A stretch of DNA of 64,000 nucleotides. Source: Octopus vulgaris. Taxonomy: Eukaryota. The position numbers and the translations under genes were made by a program. The stretch covers positions 40,548,001-40,612,000 of the forward strand of contig OX597835.1 in assembly GCA_951406725.2 (NCBI GenBank), written 5' to 3'. The notes under the pieces were generated by a model that saw only the letters and a program-made list of their open reading frames with translations, ran no database searches and was not told where the DNA came from. Of the stretch, positions 50,095 to 64,000 are shown one piece after another (position 1 is the stretch's first letter; every line of letters begins with the position of its first letter).

Positions 50095-52464
50095 TTCGTC
50101 ATACTCTACAAGTCTATTTACTGTTGGTTATAACAAGGATGAAAAGTATGAGGTTCACATCTCTATATTATCTGCTACTGTGGTCTAGATACAGTTCATC
50201 TATTGTAAACCTGGTCCTATTCATAATCATCATCATCATTTAATGTCCGCTTTCCATGCTAGCATGGGTTGGACGATTTGACTGAGGTCTGGCGAACCAG
50301 ACTCCAATCTGATCTGGCAGAGTTTCTACAGCTGGATGCCCTTCCTAATGCCAACCACTCCGAGAGTGTAGTGGGTGCTTTTATGTGCCACCGGCACGAG
50401 GGCCAGTTTGGTGGTACTGGCAACGGCCACGTCCAAATGGTGCTTTTTACGTGCCACCTGCACAGGAGCCAGTCCAGCGGCACTGGCGACGCCCTCGCTC
50501 GAATGTTTCACGTGCCACCAGCACAAGTGCTAGTCAGGCGATACGGTAACAATCACATAATGTAGACTTATATTTAAGATTCAACTATCATCATTACAAA
50601 AAGATGATTGATTTTGTTTCGACTCTTCACTTTCTCATTTCAAATCCTACCGAAGCCAACTCTTTGGCCTTCATCCCTCCATAATCAACAAAATACCGAT
50701 CAAGTACTGAGGTCAATGCAATTGACCCACCCACCTCCATTTCAGGCCTTGTGCCTATATAACAAACTATCATCATCATCATCATCATAAGGCTACTAGC
50801 TGGCAGAATCGTTAGCATGTCAGTTGAAATGCTTAGCAGCATTTCATCTGTCTTTGTTTTGAGTTCAAATTCTGCCAAGGTTAACCTTTACCTTTCATCC
50901 TTTCAGAGTCAGTAAAATAAGTACCAGTTGAGCACTGGGGTTGATATAATCAATTTACCCTGCTCCCACAAAATTGCTGGCCTTGTGTCAAACCATTATT
51001 ATCTGCTTATACTGGCAACTGTGATGCATTAGGGGCAGAGGAGGGAGGCGACTGCTTTATTGTTGGCTTAAATACTTCTAAAAGAGGACCAATGTTGTTA
51101 AATCTCACTATATCTTCTGCTATCTTTTACTGTGTATATTTTAAGGCCAACCTCAGTCAATTTACAAATCTATGCTCAATAATGAAAAAATTAGTTCCTA
51201 GCTTCTATTCATATTCTTCTGATGTTTCTACAATTTTCTTCACTTAATTCTTTCAGTTTGAGTGGTAAAATGGTTATGTTGTGTGTTTGATATTCAGGAA
51301 CAGTATTAGACCTGAAGTAGTTTATCTTCTCCCTCAGTCACTTTTCCTTTGTTTTACTGTTGCTTCTGACTTAGTTTGTAGTGATGGATCTCTAAAGAAC
51401 TATCCCCTACTTACTGTAAGAGATTCCATATTCCACAGACAATTGTACCCTTAATATTTGGCAGGTTCAGCATGATACTGTGACAGGAATTGGCCCTTTA
51501 AATAGCAGGTACACTCCACCTAACAAGGACTATGGTAGAAGGCACTGCCCAAAGTAGGAGCCGTGTAGGATAAATCTAGAGACCATTTGATTGTGAAGCA
51601 AAATTCATCATCATTCAATCTCATGTCTGTGCTCCCTTATTTGATAAAATTGGGGTATTATTGAGCATTGCGGTAGTTAGCATGTATCTTTGATGTTAAT
51701 GAAATATGGGGCAAATGCTAGCTTTCGTATCCACCTGGAGAGGACAATGGCAAATACCTTCACTGAGATTCTGTGTTTATGGACTTGCAGGCTGGTCCAT
51801 CCGAAGCCAGTTTGGAAAGATGAAGCAAAAGAAAAATTTTAACTTAAGACCAAAGTGATTAAGACAATTCCATGTTGGTGACAATAGAACTTAGAAGTAA
51901 TATGAGACCAAAAAGGGTAACAAATTCACCCAGACTATCTTGCTAGCAATAAATGACTGGCAAAGTATCTTGTGGAGAGGAAATAGTACAGTTAAGAAAA
52001 AGGTTTCTAAGACTGAATTTGAGAAGACAAAGGGAATGGCAGATACTTCCTCGTGGGGTCAGTCTTGCGATCATTCATTGAGCCAGAGATATTTTACCTG
52101 TGATCTATATTTATAATGCCTGATGTTATTTAACTTTTAAATTCTTATCAATTTACAAGTAGTTCTTGCTTTTTGAATATCTCACAAGAATTTTCTGTTG
52201 CAAAATTGCAAAATTTAATTTTTCAAAATTTGACATACCTCAATGTGTGTGTTACCTTCCCTGTCCCCCGCCTCCCAAATGCAGTGTCCAAGCAGATGAA
52301 TATGCAGTTGTCATCTGAACCAAAGGCCAAATTGCTAGAGCAAAGATTGGCACCACCATATTTGACTCAATTCAATGTCTCATTCAGCAAGCAGTGAACG
52401 AGACATCTTGAACTGTTTTTCTTTGCTCTGGGAAATACCTCCTGCTGCACAAAATCATTATTAA

Positions 52465-52678
52465 CCCTTTAGCAATTAAACCAGCCATATCCAGCCCAAA
52501 TATTCTACCTGCTTTGTGTTCACACTAGCCAGGTCTGGCTTCTCACACCTACCTTAAAATATCATTCTAAAAATATACAATTATATCGTCCAAGTATTGA
52601 AGCTGTGAGATAATGCATGATTAATTCATGCGAATAAATAAGCATCGTATTTGGCGGAGGAATTTGAATGCTAAAGGG
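52465..52678. mobile_element. piggyBac-like MITE; further copies at ~15758-15954 and 63747-63965, and a related element at ~52805-53025
   Basis: TTAA|CCCTTTAGCA...TGCTAAAGGG|TTAA. Confidence 0.8.
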
Positions 52679-55479
52679 TTAACGAGGAATGATTTCTAAT
52701 GAATTAACTCTTAAAGTCAAGAACTACTTTTGATTTCCTAGTTCCAACATATTGAATTTTAAGAACTCACTTTGAGAATAAACAAACAAATATGACACAA
52801 CAAACTCTTTCGTTACCAACCCGGCTGAAACCAGCTCTGGCTCTGTAGTACAAATGTCTTGTTTTCATAAGGTTTCAATTAAAATCTTCCACCAAGCTTT
52901 AGTCACAATTTATGTTCCTAACACTAGCTGAATGATAACTAAGTTATTTCACTAAATTCTTTGTTATATTTAAAGTAATTGAAAGAAACACAGAGCATCT
53001 CAAAAGAAATACGGTAACGAAAGGGTTAAAAGAACATTTCAAATTTTTCAGATTTATTGTTGTTGTTGATGTTTTTTTAGCCCCAAGTCAGACCTGATCT
53101 AGCAGACCTATGATCAAAGAGATTCCATCATGACCATCCCCATCTTTTCTCAGACATAGTTCATCTCAAACTACATCATCCAATGTGTCTTCCTTCCCCA
53201 TCCATTTATTCTTTTTCCTAAGTTGGGAGGGTGTGATACAGGAGGTATTTGGCTGCTATTTCTAGCAGGTTGGGCTTACACATGCACACAGCAGCTGCCC
53301 CAGTCAAGTACTGAAACTCATTTGGGCTACTTTACCCCTTGTACCTTACTTTGAGGTACTTGAAGCCATCATCATCATTATTATTATTAGTGGAAAATAT
53401 CCTAATATGTTAAGTTGTAAGTTCTATTGTTTTGTTGCAATAACCATTTTAGCCATTTTGAAATATGACATAATGTCTTTGCCGAAGAATTATCATTTTC
53501 GTTTTTTCCCATTGGTTAATATAACTGCTCATATAAAGATTCTAAAAGTTTCGTAAAGAATAATTGTCATGGATTTCGATTCTTTTTAGTCAAGTTGAGC
53601 AGTTATAAAAACCCTGGATTTTGGGAAAAACTTCAGTGTTTGTTGGATGTCACTGAACTCCACGACACTCACTCTTTTGAGACATCGGTAATTTTCATGC
53701 CATGTCTAAGTTAATCACAAGTCTATTTTGATTTGTAGATTAATGTATTAGTTAGAATTAAGAAATTAGTTAATGAATTTATAGTCATTCTTCTTCACGA
53801 CCAAGTTATCTTTCTTTCTTACTGTAAATAATATAGTTTCAAACCCTGACTGACCACTGCTGGTCAAGCAGAGCTATGCAAACTAAGCTGATAATAACTT
53901 TGCTCAATTTGAGCCAAGAAGTGTGTTAATGTGGTTTGAGTGGACACAGGTCAAAGTAAGCAGAGCCTACAAAGGTTGCACAACTTGGACGATGAGTACG
54001 TGTGTGTGTGTTGGCTTAAATGAAAGAGATGTAAGGAGTGATAACACTGAGCAAATGGACAGAAGTGGCAACAACCAACAGTGATGGGGGTTATTCAGGC
54101 AGTTGAGGGGAGATATTACAGCTGGAGTGGCAGAAATGGTAAAGAGATTGAATCCAATGAAAGGAGAGGGCTTTTTTTCTTTATTGGCATGGCTGTGTGG
54201 TTAGAAGTTTTGCTTCCCAACCACACGGTTTCTTCAGTCGTCCCACGACATGGCATTTTGGTTAGGTGTCTTCTACTATAACCTCAGGCTGTTCAAAGCC
54301 TTGTGAGTGGATTTAATAGACAGAAACTAAAAGAAGCCTATCATATATGTGTGTGTGTGTATGTGTTTGTATGTATATGTATCTGTCTTTGTGTTTGTGT
54401 CTGTCTCCCCCCCCATTCCTTGACAACTGGTGTTGGTTTATATATGTTCCCATAACATAGGCGGTGAGCTGGCAGAAACGTTAGCACACCGGGCGAAATG
54501 CGTAGCCGTATTTCGTCTGCCGTTACGTTCTGAGTTCAAATTCCGCCAAGGTCGACTTTGCCTTTCATCCTTTCGGGGTCGATAAATTAAGTACCATTTA
54601 CGCACTGGGGTCAATGTAATTGACTTAATCCCTTTGTCTGTCCTTGTTTGTCCCCTCTGTGTTTATCCCCTTGTGGTCAGTAAAGAAATATACATATGTC
54701 TTCCCATAATTTAGGAGTTTAGTAAAAGAGAGAAGTAAAATAGATACCAAACTTTAAAAAAAAACAAGTACTGGGCTTAACATGTTTGATTAAAACCCTT
54801 CAAGATGGTGCCCCAGCATGGTCACAGTCCAACTGACTGAAACAAAAGATAAAAAAGCTAACAATTTAGTCAGAAGAGGAAGGTTGGTGCTCATCCTCTT
54901 GTAGGGTTTCAAGACTAGTCTAGGGTGAAAGGGAAGAAGAACCTCGCATCGGCTCCCTGGTTACTACAATAAAAAACAGTGCATGGTCCAAATTTGGGAC
55001 CTGCTTCCAAGTGTAGATTCTACAAAAGGTACCCAAGGGTCAGGTGGAGGTGTTAAATGAGGTGGTAATGAATTAAGTCCACAACACTGATAATTACTAA
55101 TTAAGTCTGCTTCATCAGAGCTGACAACTACTCAGTAACGATTCCCCTGCATTTGAAGCTGTCAGTGACTTTTAAAAATGGTTGCATTTTCTTCCTTTTT
55201 GTTAATTTTTGAATTGTATTTTAAAATGATAATTTTGTTTGCCTTTTTTTCTTTGCACAATCTATTTTAATTAATTAATTTGGCTTCGTGAAAACAAATT
55301 CTTTAATTCTAATTTTTTTTTAAATAAGATGTTCTGATAACTTAAATAAAAGTAGTAGTAGTATTAGTATTAGTAGTAGTAGTAGTAGTAGTAGCGGTAG
55401 TCTGAACAGTTAACATGTTAGACAATAGATAATGCTAATCGATCAATGTATGTCTTATTTACCATTGTATGTACATACA

Positions 55480-55528
<49 letters not shown>

Positions 55529-55616
55529 ACAATTGAGGGTAAAATTAATTAATTAATCAATTTCACCAAGTGTTCAGTATGTAAAAGGACCATTTAAGGC
55601 GAATTCAAAATATTAC

Positions 55617-55983
55617 ATTATATAATTAGGGCTTAGTAAAATAAATTACTTTGCCACATACTGAACTTAGTAGAAATAGCAGCCAAAAAAAATTTTTTTA
55701 GCCATTTCTACTACTTAAAGAAAATTTCTCTCAGATAATGTTTACTCCAGACAGCTCACTAAGGTTTGGAGGTAAATACAGAAAAATATCACAAGTACAA
55801 ACGATCGTTTGTACTTGTGATATTTTTCTGTATTTACCTCCAAACCTTAGTGAGCTGTCTGGAGTAAACATTATCTGAGAGAAATTTTCTTTAAGTAGTA
55901 GAAATGGCTAAAAAAATTTTTTTGGCTGCTATTTCTACTAAGTTCAGTATGTGGCAAAGTAATTTATTTTACTAAGCTCTAAT

Positions 55984-55991
<8 letters not shown>
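55617..55991. repeat. Near-perfect ~375-bp palindrome with no spacer
   Basis: Centre AAACGA|TCGTTT at 55804/55805; arms differ by one substitution and one homopolymer indel. Confidence 0.95.
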
Positions 55992-56040
<49 letters not shown>

Positions 56041-56050
56041 TACATACATA

Positions 56051-56968
56051 CAGGGTGTCCATAAAGTCTCTTTACAATTTTAACATTTTATTACAAAGGC
56101 AGTTGACAAAATATCTTAACCAGATTTGTTTTATTGTAATAATTGTTTATTAAAGTTTTTTAACTGTTATGTAATAGATCTTAATATGGGTTCCATTAGT
56201 TGTGTGAAGCACATCAAGATGGTACTCGATTTCCTGCCATGTTCGCTGTAGGATAGCCTCATCAACGGTGGCAATGGCATTACGAATCCTTTGCTTCAAG
56301 TCAGCAATGTCCCGTATCTTTGTTTGATACACGATATCTTTTACATAACCCCATAAAAAGAAGTCCAAGGGAGTGATATCTGGCGAACGCGGTGGCTGTG
56401 GAATTGGCCCATCCCTTCCAATCCATCGGTCTGGAAATGTTTGATTGAGGAACTGACGAACATGCCGTCCCCAATCTGGTCGTGCACCATCTTGCTGGGA
56501 ACTAATGGTTGGTTGTAAATCAATCAGTTGTGGTGCCACATATTCAGTCAGAAGGTCGAGGTAAACATCTGCAGTAATTGTTGCCTCGTTGAAGAAAAAT
56601 GGATCAATTATTCCATTGCACATGATTCCACACAACACATTCATTTTGGACTATCCCGTTGAAGCTCTCTAGTTACAGGGGGGTGTCCTGATCCCCAGAT
56701 TCTCACATTGTGTCTGTTTAATTTCCCCGAAACATGAAAAGTCGCCTTGTCTCTAAAACAAACTCAATTGAATGTTTCATCCCTTTTTTTATAGAGGTTC
56801 AGTGAATCAGTTCCCTTCCATCAACAGAGTATCTGAAACACAAAAAATTAATATCAATAAAAACTTTAATAAACAGTTATTAAAATAAAACAAATCTGGT
56901 TAAAATATCTCATCAACTGCCTTAGTAATAGTTTTTTTAAATTGTAAAGAGAATTTATGGACACCCTG
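56051..56968 (-). mobile_element. Tc1/mariner DD41D (rosa/VS-type) element, internally deleted
   Basis: TA TSD; ~110-bp TIRs starting CAGGGTGTCCATAAA; QQDGA...PPRSPDITPLDFFLWG with 41 residues between the second and third Asp. Confidence 0.88.
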
Positions 56969-59900
56969 TATATATCTATATATAGAGTATGTGTTGAAGA
57001 CTGAAGTTTATGGTTTACATTTATTTCTTTAGTTAGAATCATTTCAACGCTAAATGGAAAATACATTTCATGAATGATCATCTCATCATTTAACACCCAT
57101 TTTTTAATGCTGGCACGGGTTGGACGATTTAACTGGAACTGGTGGGCCATAGAGCTACACCCGGCTCCAGTCATCCGCTTTGACATGGTTTCTACAGCCA
57201 ACCACTTGACAAAGTGTCTTGGATACTTTTTTATGTGACACCAGCACAGGTGCTTTTAAGGTGAATAGACCACATGCATCTCTTCAAAAATCTCTAAAGT
57301 AATTCTTTAGAAACTTTGTCTGAGGAAATGCACCATGGTCTGTCTACATTGTATACTCCATATAGTGTTACACAAATGCAACCAAAGTATCAAATGCAAA
57401 ACCATAAATCCCACCCTCCAACCTAATATACTGTTACCCCTGGAATTTCAGTCTGCGTAGACAGTTTTCTTTAGGATAAACTGCCTGCCCACACACGCTA
57501 TGTTAACCAGCATTTACACGATTGCCCAGGAACCAGCCCAGATTTATTAACCCACCCCTATCACACACACACACACACTCTAAAAAATTTTATTGAAGTT
57601 TCCTATTTTGTTTAATGTACTAATTAGTTAATCAATGTGCTAGTTTAATACTATGTTAATATATTTTATGATTTATGTTAATTTATTGTTTATTAATGTG
57701 TTAAGTTTCTGTGCTAATTAGTTTGTGTTTGTTTGTTATTGTGCTAATTAGTTTGTGTTTGTTTGTTATTGTGCTAATTGTTGCTGTGTGAATTTATTGT
57801 TGTGCTATTTTCTGTATTGTTGTGATAATTAATTTAATGTTGTTGCTAATTTATATATTGCTGTGCTAATTTGTGGCTGTGTCAAGGTATTTCCAACTAG
57901 CTATGCAAATATACTTCATTTAGTCAAGCTTGCCTCAGTCCATCATGCCATCCATCAAGACCTCACATAATATTTGCAAGACAGGCAGGCTCCAGCATCC
58001 AGTCTCCCTCCATCTGTATATGGATAAAATTGTGAGGGAGGGAATTTCTACCTGGTTCTAATTAGTGGATAGAGAAATGACCTTTAGATATAGAGGTTAG
58101 CAGTAAATATGAAAATAAGCCATCCATGACCAATTACAGGTTGCCCTTTGGTAAGGCATAGCACCTGGCAGCCACCTGGCCTAGGGTTTTAGATGTAAAC
58201 ATGGGAAACAACAAGGTGGATATGATGTTTCAGTGAAATAGTCATTCATTGACCAGTGGTACCCATCATGTGATGCTAGGCAGAGGAACCTCTGTGAGGT
58301 CAGTAACTTAAAATCACCGAATTCCTTGAGTTGCTGCTTTCATCTGCAGACCCAGCAACCTTGGATGTTGTTAGTTAATGAAAGGTTTCAGGACACGAAT
58401 AAAAAAATGAGGCTTTTAATGTGTTTCATCATCATCATCATCATTTAGCGTCCGCTTTCCATGCTAGCATGGGTTGGACGGTTCAACTGGGGTCTGGGAA
58501 GCCAGAAGGCTGCATCAGGCCCAGTCTGATCTGGAAATGTTTCTACGGCTGTATGCCCTTCCTAACGCCAACCACTCCGTGAGTGTAGTGGGTGCTTTTT
58601 ACGTGCCACCGGCACAGGTGCCAGAGGAGGCTGGCAAACGGCCATGATCGGATGGTACTTTTTACGTGCCACTGGCATGGAGGCCAGTTGGGGCGGCGCT
58701 GGCAACAGCTACATTCGGATGGTTCTCTTACGTGCCACCGGCACTGGTATCACAGCTACAATTTCCATTGATTTTAATTATTTCAACAAGGCTTGGCTGT
58801 GTGGTAAGAAGTGTGCTTCTCAACCATGTAGTTCCAAGTTCAGTCCTACTGCCTGGTACCTTGGATTAATGTTTTCTTCAATAGCCCAGGGCTGACTAAA
58901 GCCTTGTGAGTGGATGTGGTAGATGGAAACTGAAAACGCCCATCATGTGTGTGTGTTGTCCTCTACCAACATGCAACAACTGGTGCTGGTTTGTTTGCGT
59001 CCCCATGATCTAGTGGTTTGGCATGAGAAACTGGTAACATAAGGACTGGGTTGATTTATTCAACTAAACCCTTCAAGGTGGTGCCCCAGCTGGGCTGCAG
59101 TCCAACAAGGGAAGCAAATAAAAGGCAAAAGGCAGAATGTAACTAAAGAGAGTCAAGACTATTGAAAAGGTTGCAACGAAAATTTTAGGACAATAAAAAT
59201 AAGAAATAAGTGGAAGTTTTACCGATGAGTGTGTTACATTATAAGGCACAAAAAGAAAATGACTCTCCCCAGACAGAATATGCTTCAACACACAAACTCA
59301 TATAAAGAATCTTGCAATCCAAAAACGAAATAGAATATAACTAATAATTGTGAAATTAACGAGGTATATACATTAGCGTATTTGTTGCATTTACTTCATT
59401 AAATTCTAATGAGCGATGCACATATGCCTCAGCAAACAAATACAAACACAACATTTGAACACGTGAGAAGTACAATGGACAATTTCTCTACTCTAAAGTA
59501 TTGTCTTAGATTGAGAAGTGGCATTGAGTGAGTTTCCTTTGAAAATGTTGGCTGGTGTTACTTACGTGTTGGTGTTTTCATATTCTGAAAGAGAAAAAAG
59601 AAAAAAACTGTTTTTACTATATACAACCCAGCTACTATTAAAAGAATGAAAGAGAATTTCTAGATTTTTTTTTGTCAGATGTGTGGCCCATGTGAATCTA
59701 AGTAAGTCACAAGCTAACTTAATCTTAGCTATCTGTCATCTTATCCAGCACAATATTAGACTAGTGTCGTTTGGGTATAAAACGTAGTTTGTGGATAGAG
59801 AGTGATACCTATTTCTTTACTGCCCACAAGGGGCCAAACACAGAGGCGACAAACAAGGACAGACAGACGAATTAAGTTGATCATATCAACCCCAGTGTGC

Positions 59901-62900
59901 AAATGGTACTTAATTTATCGACCCGTAAAGGATGAAAGGCAAAGTCGACCTCGGCGGAATTTGAACTCAGAACATAACAGCAGACGAAATACGGCTACGC
60001 ATTTCGCCCGGTATGCTAACATTTCTGCCAGCTCACCGCCTTTAGAGAGTGATACCAGGGAATACAAGGGAGCCTCTACGTGCTAGAAATAGCAGCCAAA
60101 TCTCTCTTAAATCTCACTATTGATTTAAAAAGAAAAGGTCATTGGATATTGTAACTTGAAATACTCATTAGTCCATCAGCTCTGATCCAGTAAATTTATA
60201 ATCAAAGATAAACCATCCAAGTCTTTTTTTAAATGGTGGGAGTGTAATGTGAAGGACACTTGGCTATTATTTCTAGTAGTTCATATGACCATAAAAGTTC
60301 CCTTTTTAAAATGGTTGTTGTTTATGAGAATGTGGATATGGATATCACATTGTATGTAGCTTCTCTCTCTTGGGGTGGATTTTTGGTGGAGTTTACTTCA
60401 TATCACACTTTGTGATCAATAGTGCAGGTTTGGCTGTGTGGTCAGAAGTTTGCTCCCCAAGCACATGGTTCTGGGTTCAGTCCCTCTGCATGGCACCTTG
60501 GGCAAGTGTCTTCTACTATAGCCTCAGGCTGACCAAAGCCTTATGAGTGGATTTGGTAGATGGAAACTGAAAGAAACCCATCCTGTGTGTATCTTTGTGT
60601 ATTTGTCCCCCGTCACTGCTTGACAACTGGTGTTGGTCTGTTTATGTCCCTGTAACTTAACAGTTTGACAAACAAGACCTGATAGAATATGTATCAGGCT
60701 TTAAAAAAAAAATTAGTGCTGGGGTTGATTCGTTTGACTAAAAATTCTTCGATTCAGTTCCCCCAGCATGGCCACAGTCAAATGACTGAAACCAGTGAAA
60801 GATAAAAGATTAACGTTTTTTTGCCTGAAGGTTCATTACATTTATCATTGCAAGAGTAACAAGGGATAATCTCAAGCATAAATCTTCACTCTTGTTAGAG
60901 GCTTTTGGAACCACACACACATTTATATTCAAAAGATGATCAGCTTTTCCCACAAAATTTCTGTCTCTGAGCTTTGATTCACAAAGTCTTACTCAACTGG
61001 AGGCTGTGTTAGAAAGACACTTGTTGTGCAGTGTGTGATTTGAACCCAACATCTCATTGTTACAAAACAAACTTCATAACCACACAACCATGCTGTATTC
61101 ATGATAAAAATAATTCAAGTATTTAGGCACAGGAGTGGCTGTGTGGTAAGTACCAACCACATGGTTCTGGGTTCAGTCCCACTGCGTGACACCTTGGGCA
61201 AGCGTCTTCTACTATAGCCTCAGGCCAACCAAAGCCTTGTGAGTGGATTTGGTAGACGGAAACTGAAAGAAGCCCGTCGTATGTGTGTGTGTATGTATAT
61301 GTTTGTGTGTCTGTGTTTGTTCCCCCAACATCGCTTGACAACTGATGCTGGTGTGTTTACGTCCCTGTAACTTAGCAGTTCGGCAAAAGAGACCGATAGA
61401 ATAAGTACTAGGCTTACAAAGAATAAGTCCTGGGGGTCGATTTTCTCGACAAAAGGCGGTGCTCCAGCATGGCCACAGTCACATGACTGAAACAAATAGA
61501 AGAGTATTATTACATCAATATGAAATTCAAAACTAGAAGTGATAAATTTGCTATAATTGGAACAGTAGACTTGTAGACTAGACGTATGACATGTAGATTA
61601 GAGGTCAGTCGAAATTAGGACTTGATCAGTGAAGGGTCAAGAACAAGGGTTGTATGAGTGCATGTTCCTAATATTTTCTAGTTATCTTTTTAATGTGCTC
61701 TGAATTTGAATATGCTAATTATTGTGTTGTAATTTCTTTTTTGCTGTCTGTTTTTTTGCTGATATTTTCTTTGAGTTATTTATTCTTTAAACAGTTTTTA
61801 GTTTTCTGTGTCAACCATTGTACACTCTTGTACATTTATTTAATGATTTTTCTCATCTCTGCTTCAGCAGATACAGGTAAATAAGGCTATGCTTTGCTGA
61901 TGAGGTTGTAATAACACTAAAACATGTTAAGAGTTCTCTTACCAAAATACTGAAACAAAAGCGTATTGTTTGTTGACATTGTTTTGCAATTAATTTTTTG
62001 ATGTTCTTTGCATTGGATTTATCAACTCTTATTCAGTGGTTTTCAAACATAAAATTCCAGGACCCTCCCCAAATTGGCACCTCTCCCTTCCAAAATTGGC
62101 ACACTTCCATATCATTGTTTTTTCACCCTTGTGTTTTAAGAAGTTTGAAAATTTGGAAACTGTTTTAATTTTTATTAAACATGGCACTTTGTGTTTCCAA
62201 CCTTCAATCTTCATGGCCCAACACTCAGCCCTGACAAGCATTGCACTAACTTAATATATTCTAAATCATTTATTAAGCAAGTAAAAGAAACCTGTTTGTA
62301 TATTATAAAGTATAGTTTAAAACTTAGACTTTTAACTACTACTACAAACACCAGACAGGTGAGCCTCTATGTGGACACTATATCTGTTAGAACTAGCAGC
62401 CAACTTTCAGATACTATACTGTCTAAAGAATGGAAGGACACATTGAATATACAGAAAAGCAGGATGACCATGACTAGAAAGTCTTTGGTTATAGGATTTT
62501 TAAGCAGCAACACCACTCCCTGCTGGCACACACACACTATATTTTGATTCTTGTCATTGTGTGATTGTTATCATCATCAACTGCTTTGTAGTGTTGAAGA
62601 TGTCCTGTAGATGTTCTTGGTTTCAGGATGTTTTCAGAGAGGGTAAAATTCAAAAGGATTAGGGCATTATACCCAAGGCCTTGCAATGCTAAAGGAACCT
62701 ACTGATGGTATGTAAACTTACCCCAGTGTCATGCAAATGGCATCCATGCCAGTGGCATGTAAAAAGCACCCACTACACTCTCGGAATGGTTGACATTAGG
62801 AAGGGCATCCAGCTGCAGAAAACCATGCCAAGTCAGACTGGAGTCTGGTGCAGCCTTCCAGTGTGCCAACCCAGTCAAACCATCCAACCCATGCCAGCAT

Positions 62901-64000
62901 GGACAGCAGACGTTAAATGATGATGCCGTTCCCACTGTTTAATTAGTGATCTATTAACGATCTAAGACAGTGCAGAACGGCTAGGTTTATTTGGAAACCA
63001 GATATTTAACCAAGAGTTTGGTGGATCTTATCCTTTTTAACAGTAGCATCTAGTGTTCCATGGGCAATATGTATAAAGCTGGCTCTGCTGTTGTAAAGAA
63101 CAGATGAGGGATCTGCAGCCCCTTGCTGAACAATCTACACAGATGATTTGTTTATAGGGATTAAATGTTTGTGATACTGAAAAGACTCAGAGATCATTGA
63201 AAGCGTATTCCCACCAGACATAATTCACTCAATCATTCAGATCTAGAATTGTAATTAGCTCTACCTTTTATCTCACTACATTTAGAAACTGAAGGGGTAG
63301 TTGAAATCTCACCTTCAGTACTCTGCGGAAGAAAGAGATGTATTTTATGTCTGGCTGAGAAATATAACATTCCAATGCATCTTATTAAGCAAAAACTTGA
63401 AATTCTGACTGTGTGTAGACATATGAACAAATTTCTCTAGGCAAATTCTAGTAGCAGAATAGATGACCACACACACTATTCCAAACAAACTATTGACTAT
63501 AGATACCTAACAACATGATACTGTAGTAATTTCTTCTCTTTGTAGAGAATATATGATGTATTATTACTTTGTCATATACTTAACTACCACTGTTTCTCAG
63601 ATAGTAGTCTCTCTCTCTCATCTGTTATGAATGAGAAACAGACTGGTCATTTCTACACAGATATCCCCCATCTACCCATCAACAGCTCACGAATCCTCCA
63701 CTGCCCATACTCCAGCTGTTATTACTTGATCAAAGCTGACCTTTAACCCGTTAGTATTTAAACCGGCCATATCCAGCCAAAGTAGTTAATCTGTTTTGTG
63801 TTCAAACTGACCAGATGCAGGCTCTCACACCTACCCTACAATGTTATTCTACATTAAGTAATTACACCATCAAACTCTTGAAGATATGAGATAATGCATG
63901 GTTAATTCAAATCAATGTGAATCAATAGGCATTACATTTGATAGAATAATCTGAACACTAAAGGGTTAAAAATTGCTAATTCATCATATTCTGTGCTTAA

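Noticed and set aside
49567-64000. TMED9 exon 3 (YGSEGRFTFTSH-like) or a third copy of exon 2
   Set aside because: Not found by eye; probably beyond the window, though a miss cannot be excluded.

Overview
This is eukaryotic, AT-rich, repeat-dense animal DNA. Its SINE/LINE repertoire and large microsatellites look like a coleoid cephalopod (Octopus-like); that assignment is an inference. Most ORF-track entries are microsatellite or SINE artefacts. Manual GT-AG splicing recovers three intron-rich genes. (1) The 3' nine exons of a + strand cytochrome P450 (clan 26/CYP120-like, 2020-19374), with ExxR and FxxGxRxCxG motifs but a non-canonical I-helix. (2) A - strand THAP zinc-finger gene (ATG 35273) with a DHSY HCF-1-binding motif and a Kolobok-transposase-like tail. 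(3) Head-to-head with it, a p24-alpha TMED9/TMED4-like gene (ATG 35964) whose second exon occurs as two intact, diverged 116-nt copies (47506-47621, 49451-49566); including both would shift the reading frame, so they look mutually exclusive. Other highlights: a 36-nt P450 microexon bracketed by inverted (TATG)n/(CATA)n arrays, Penelope-type minimal hammerhead ribozymes (one with a G3-C8 covaried core), a ~375-bp zero-spacer palindrome, an 18S rRNA 5' fragment, and many nested transposons.
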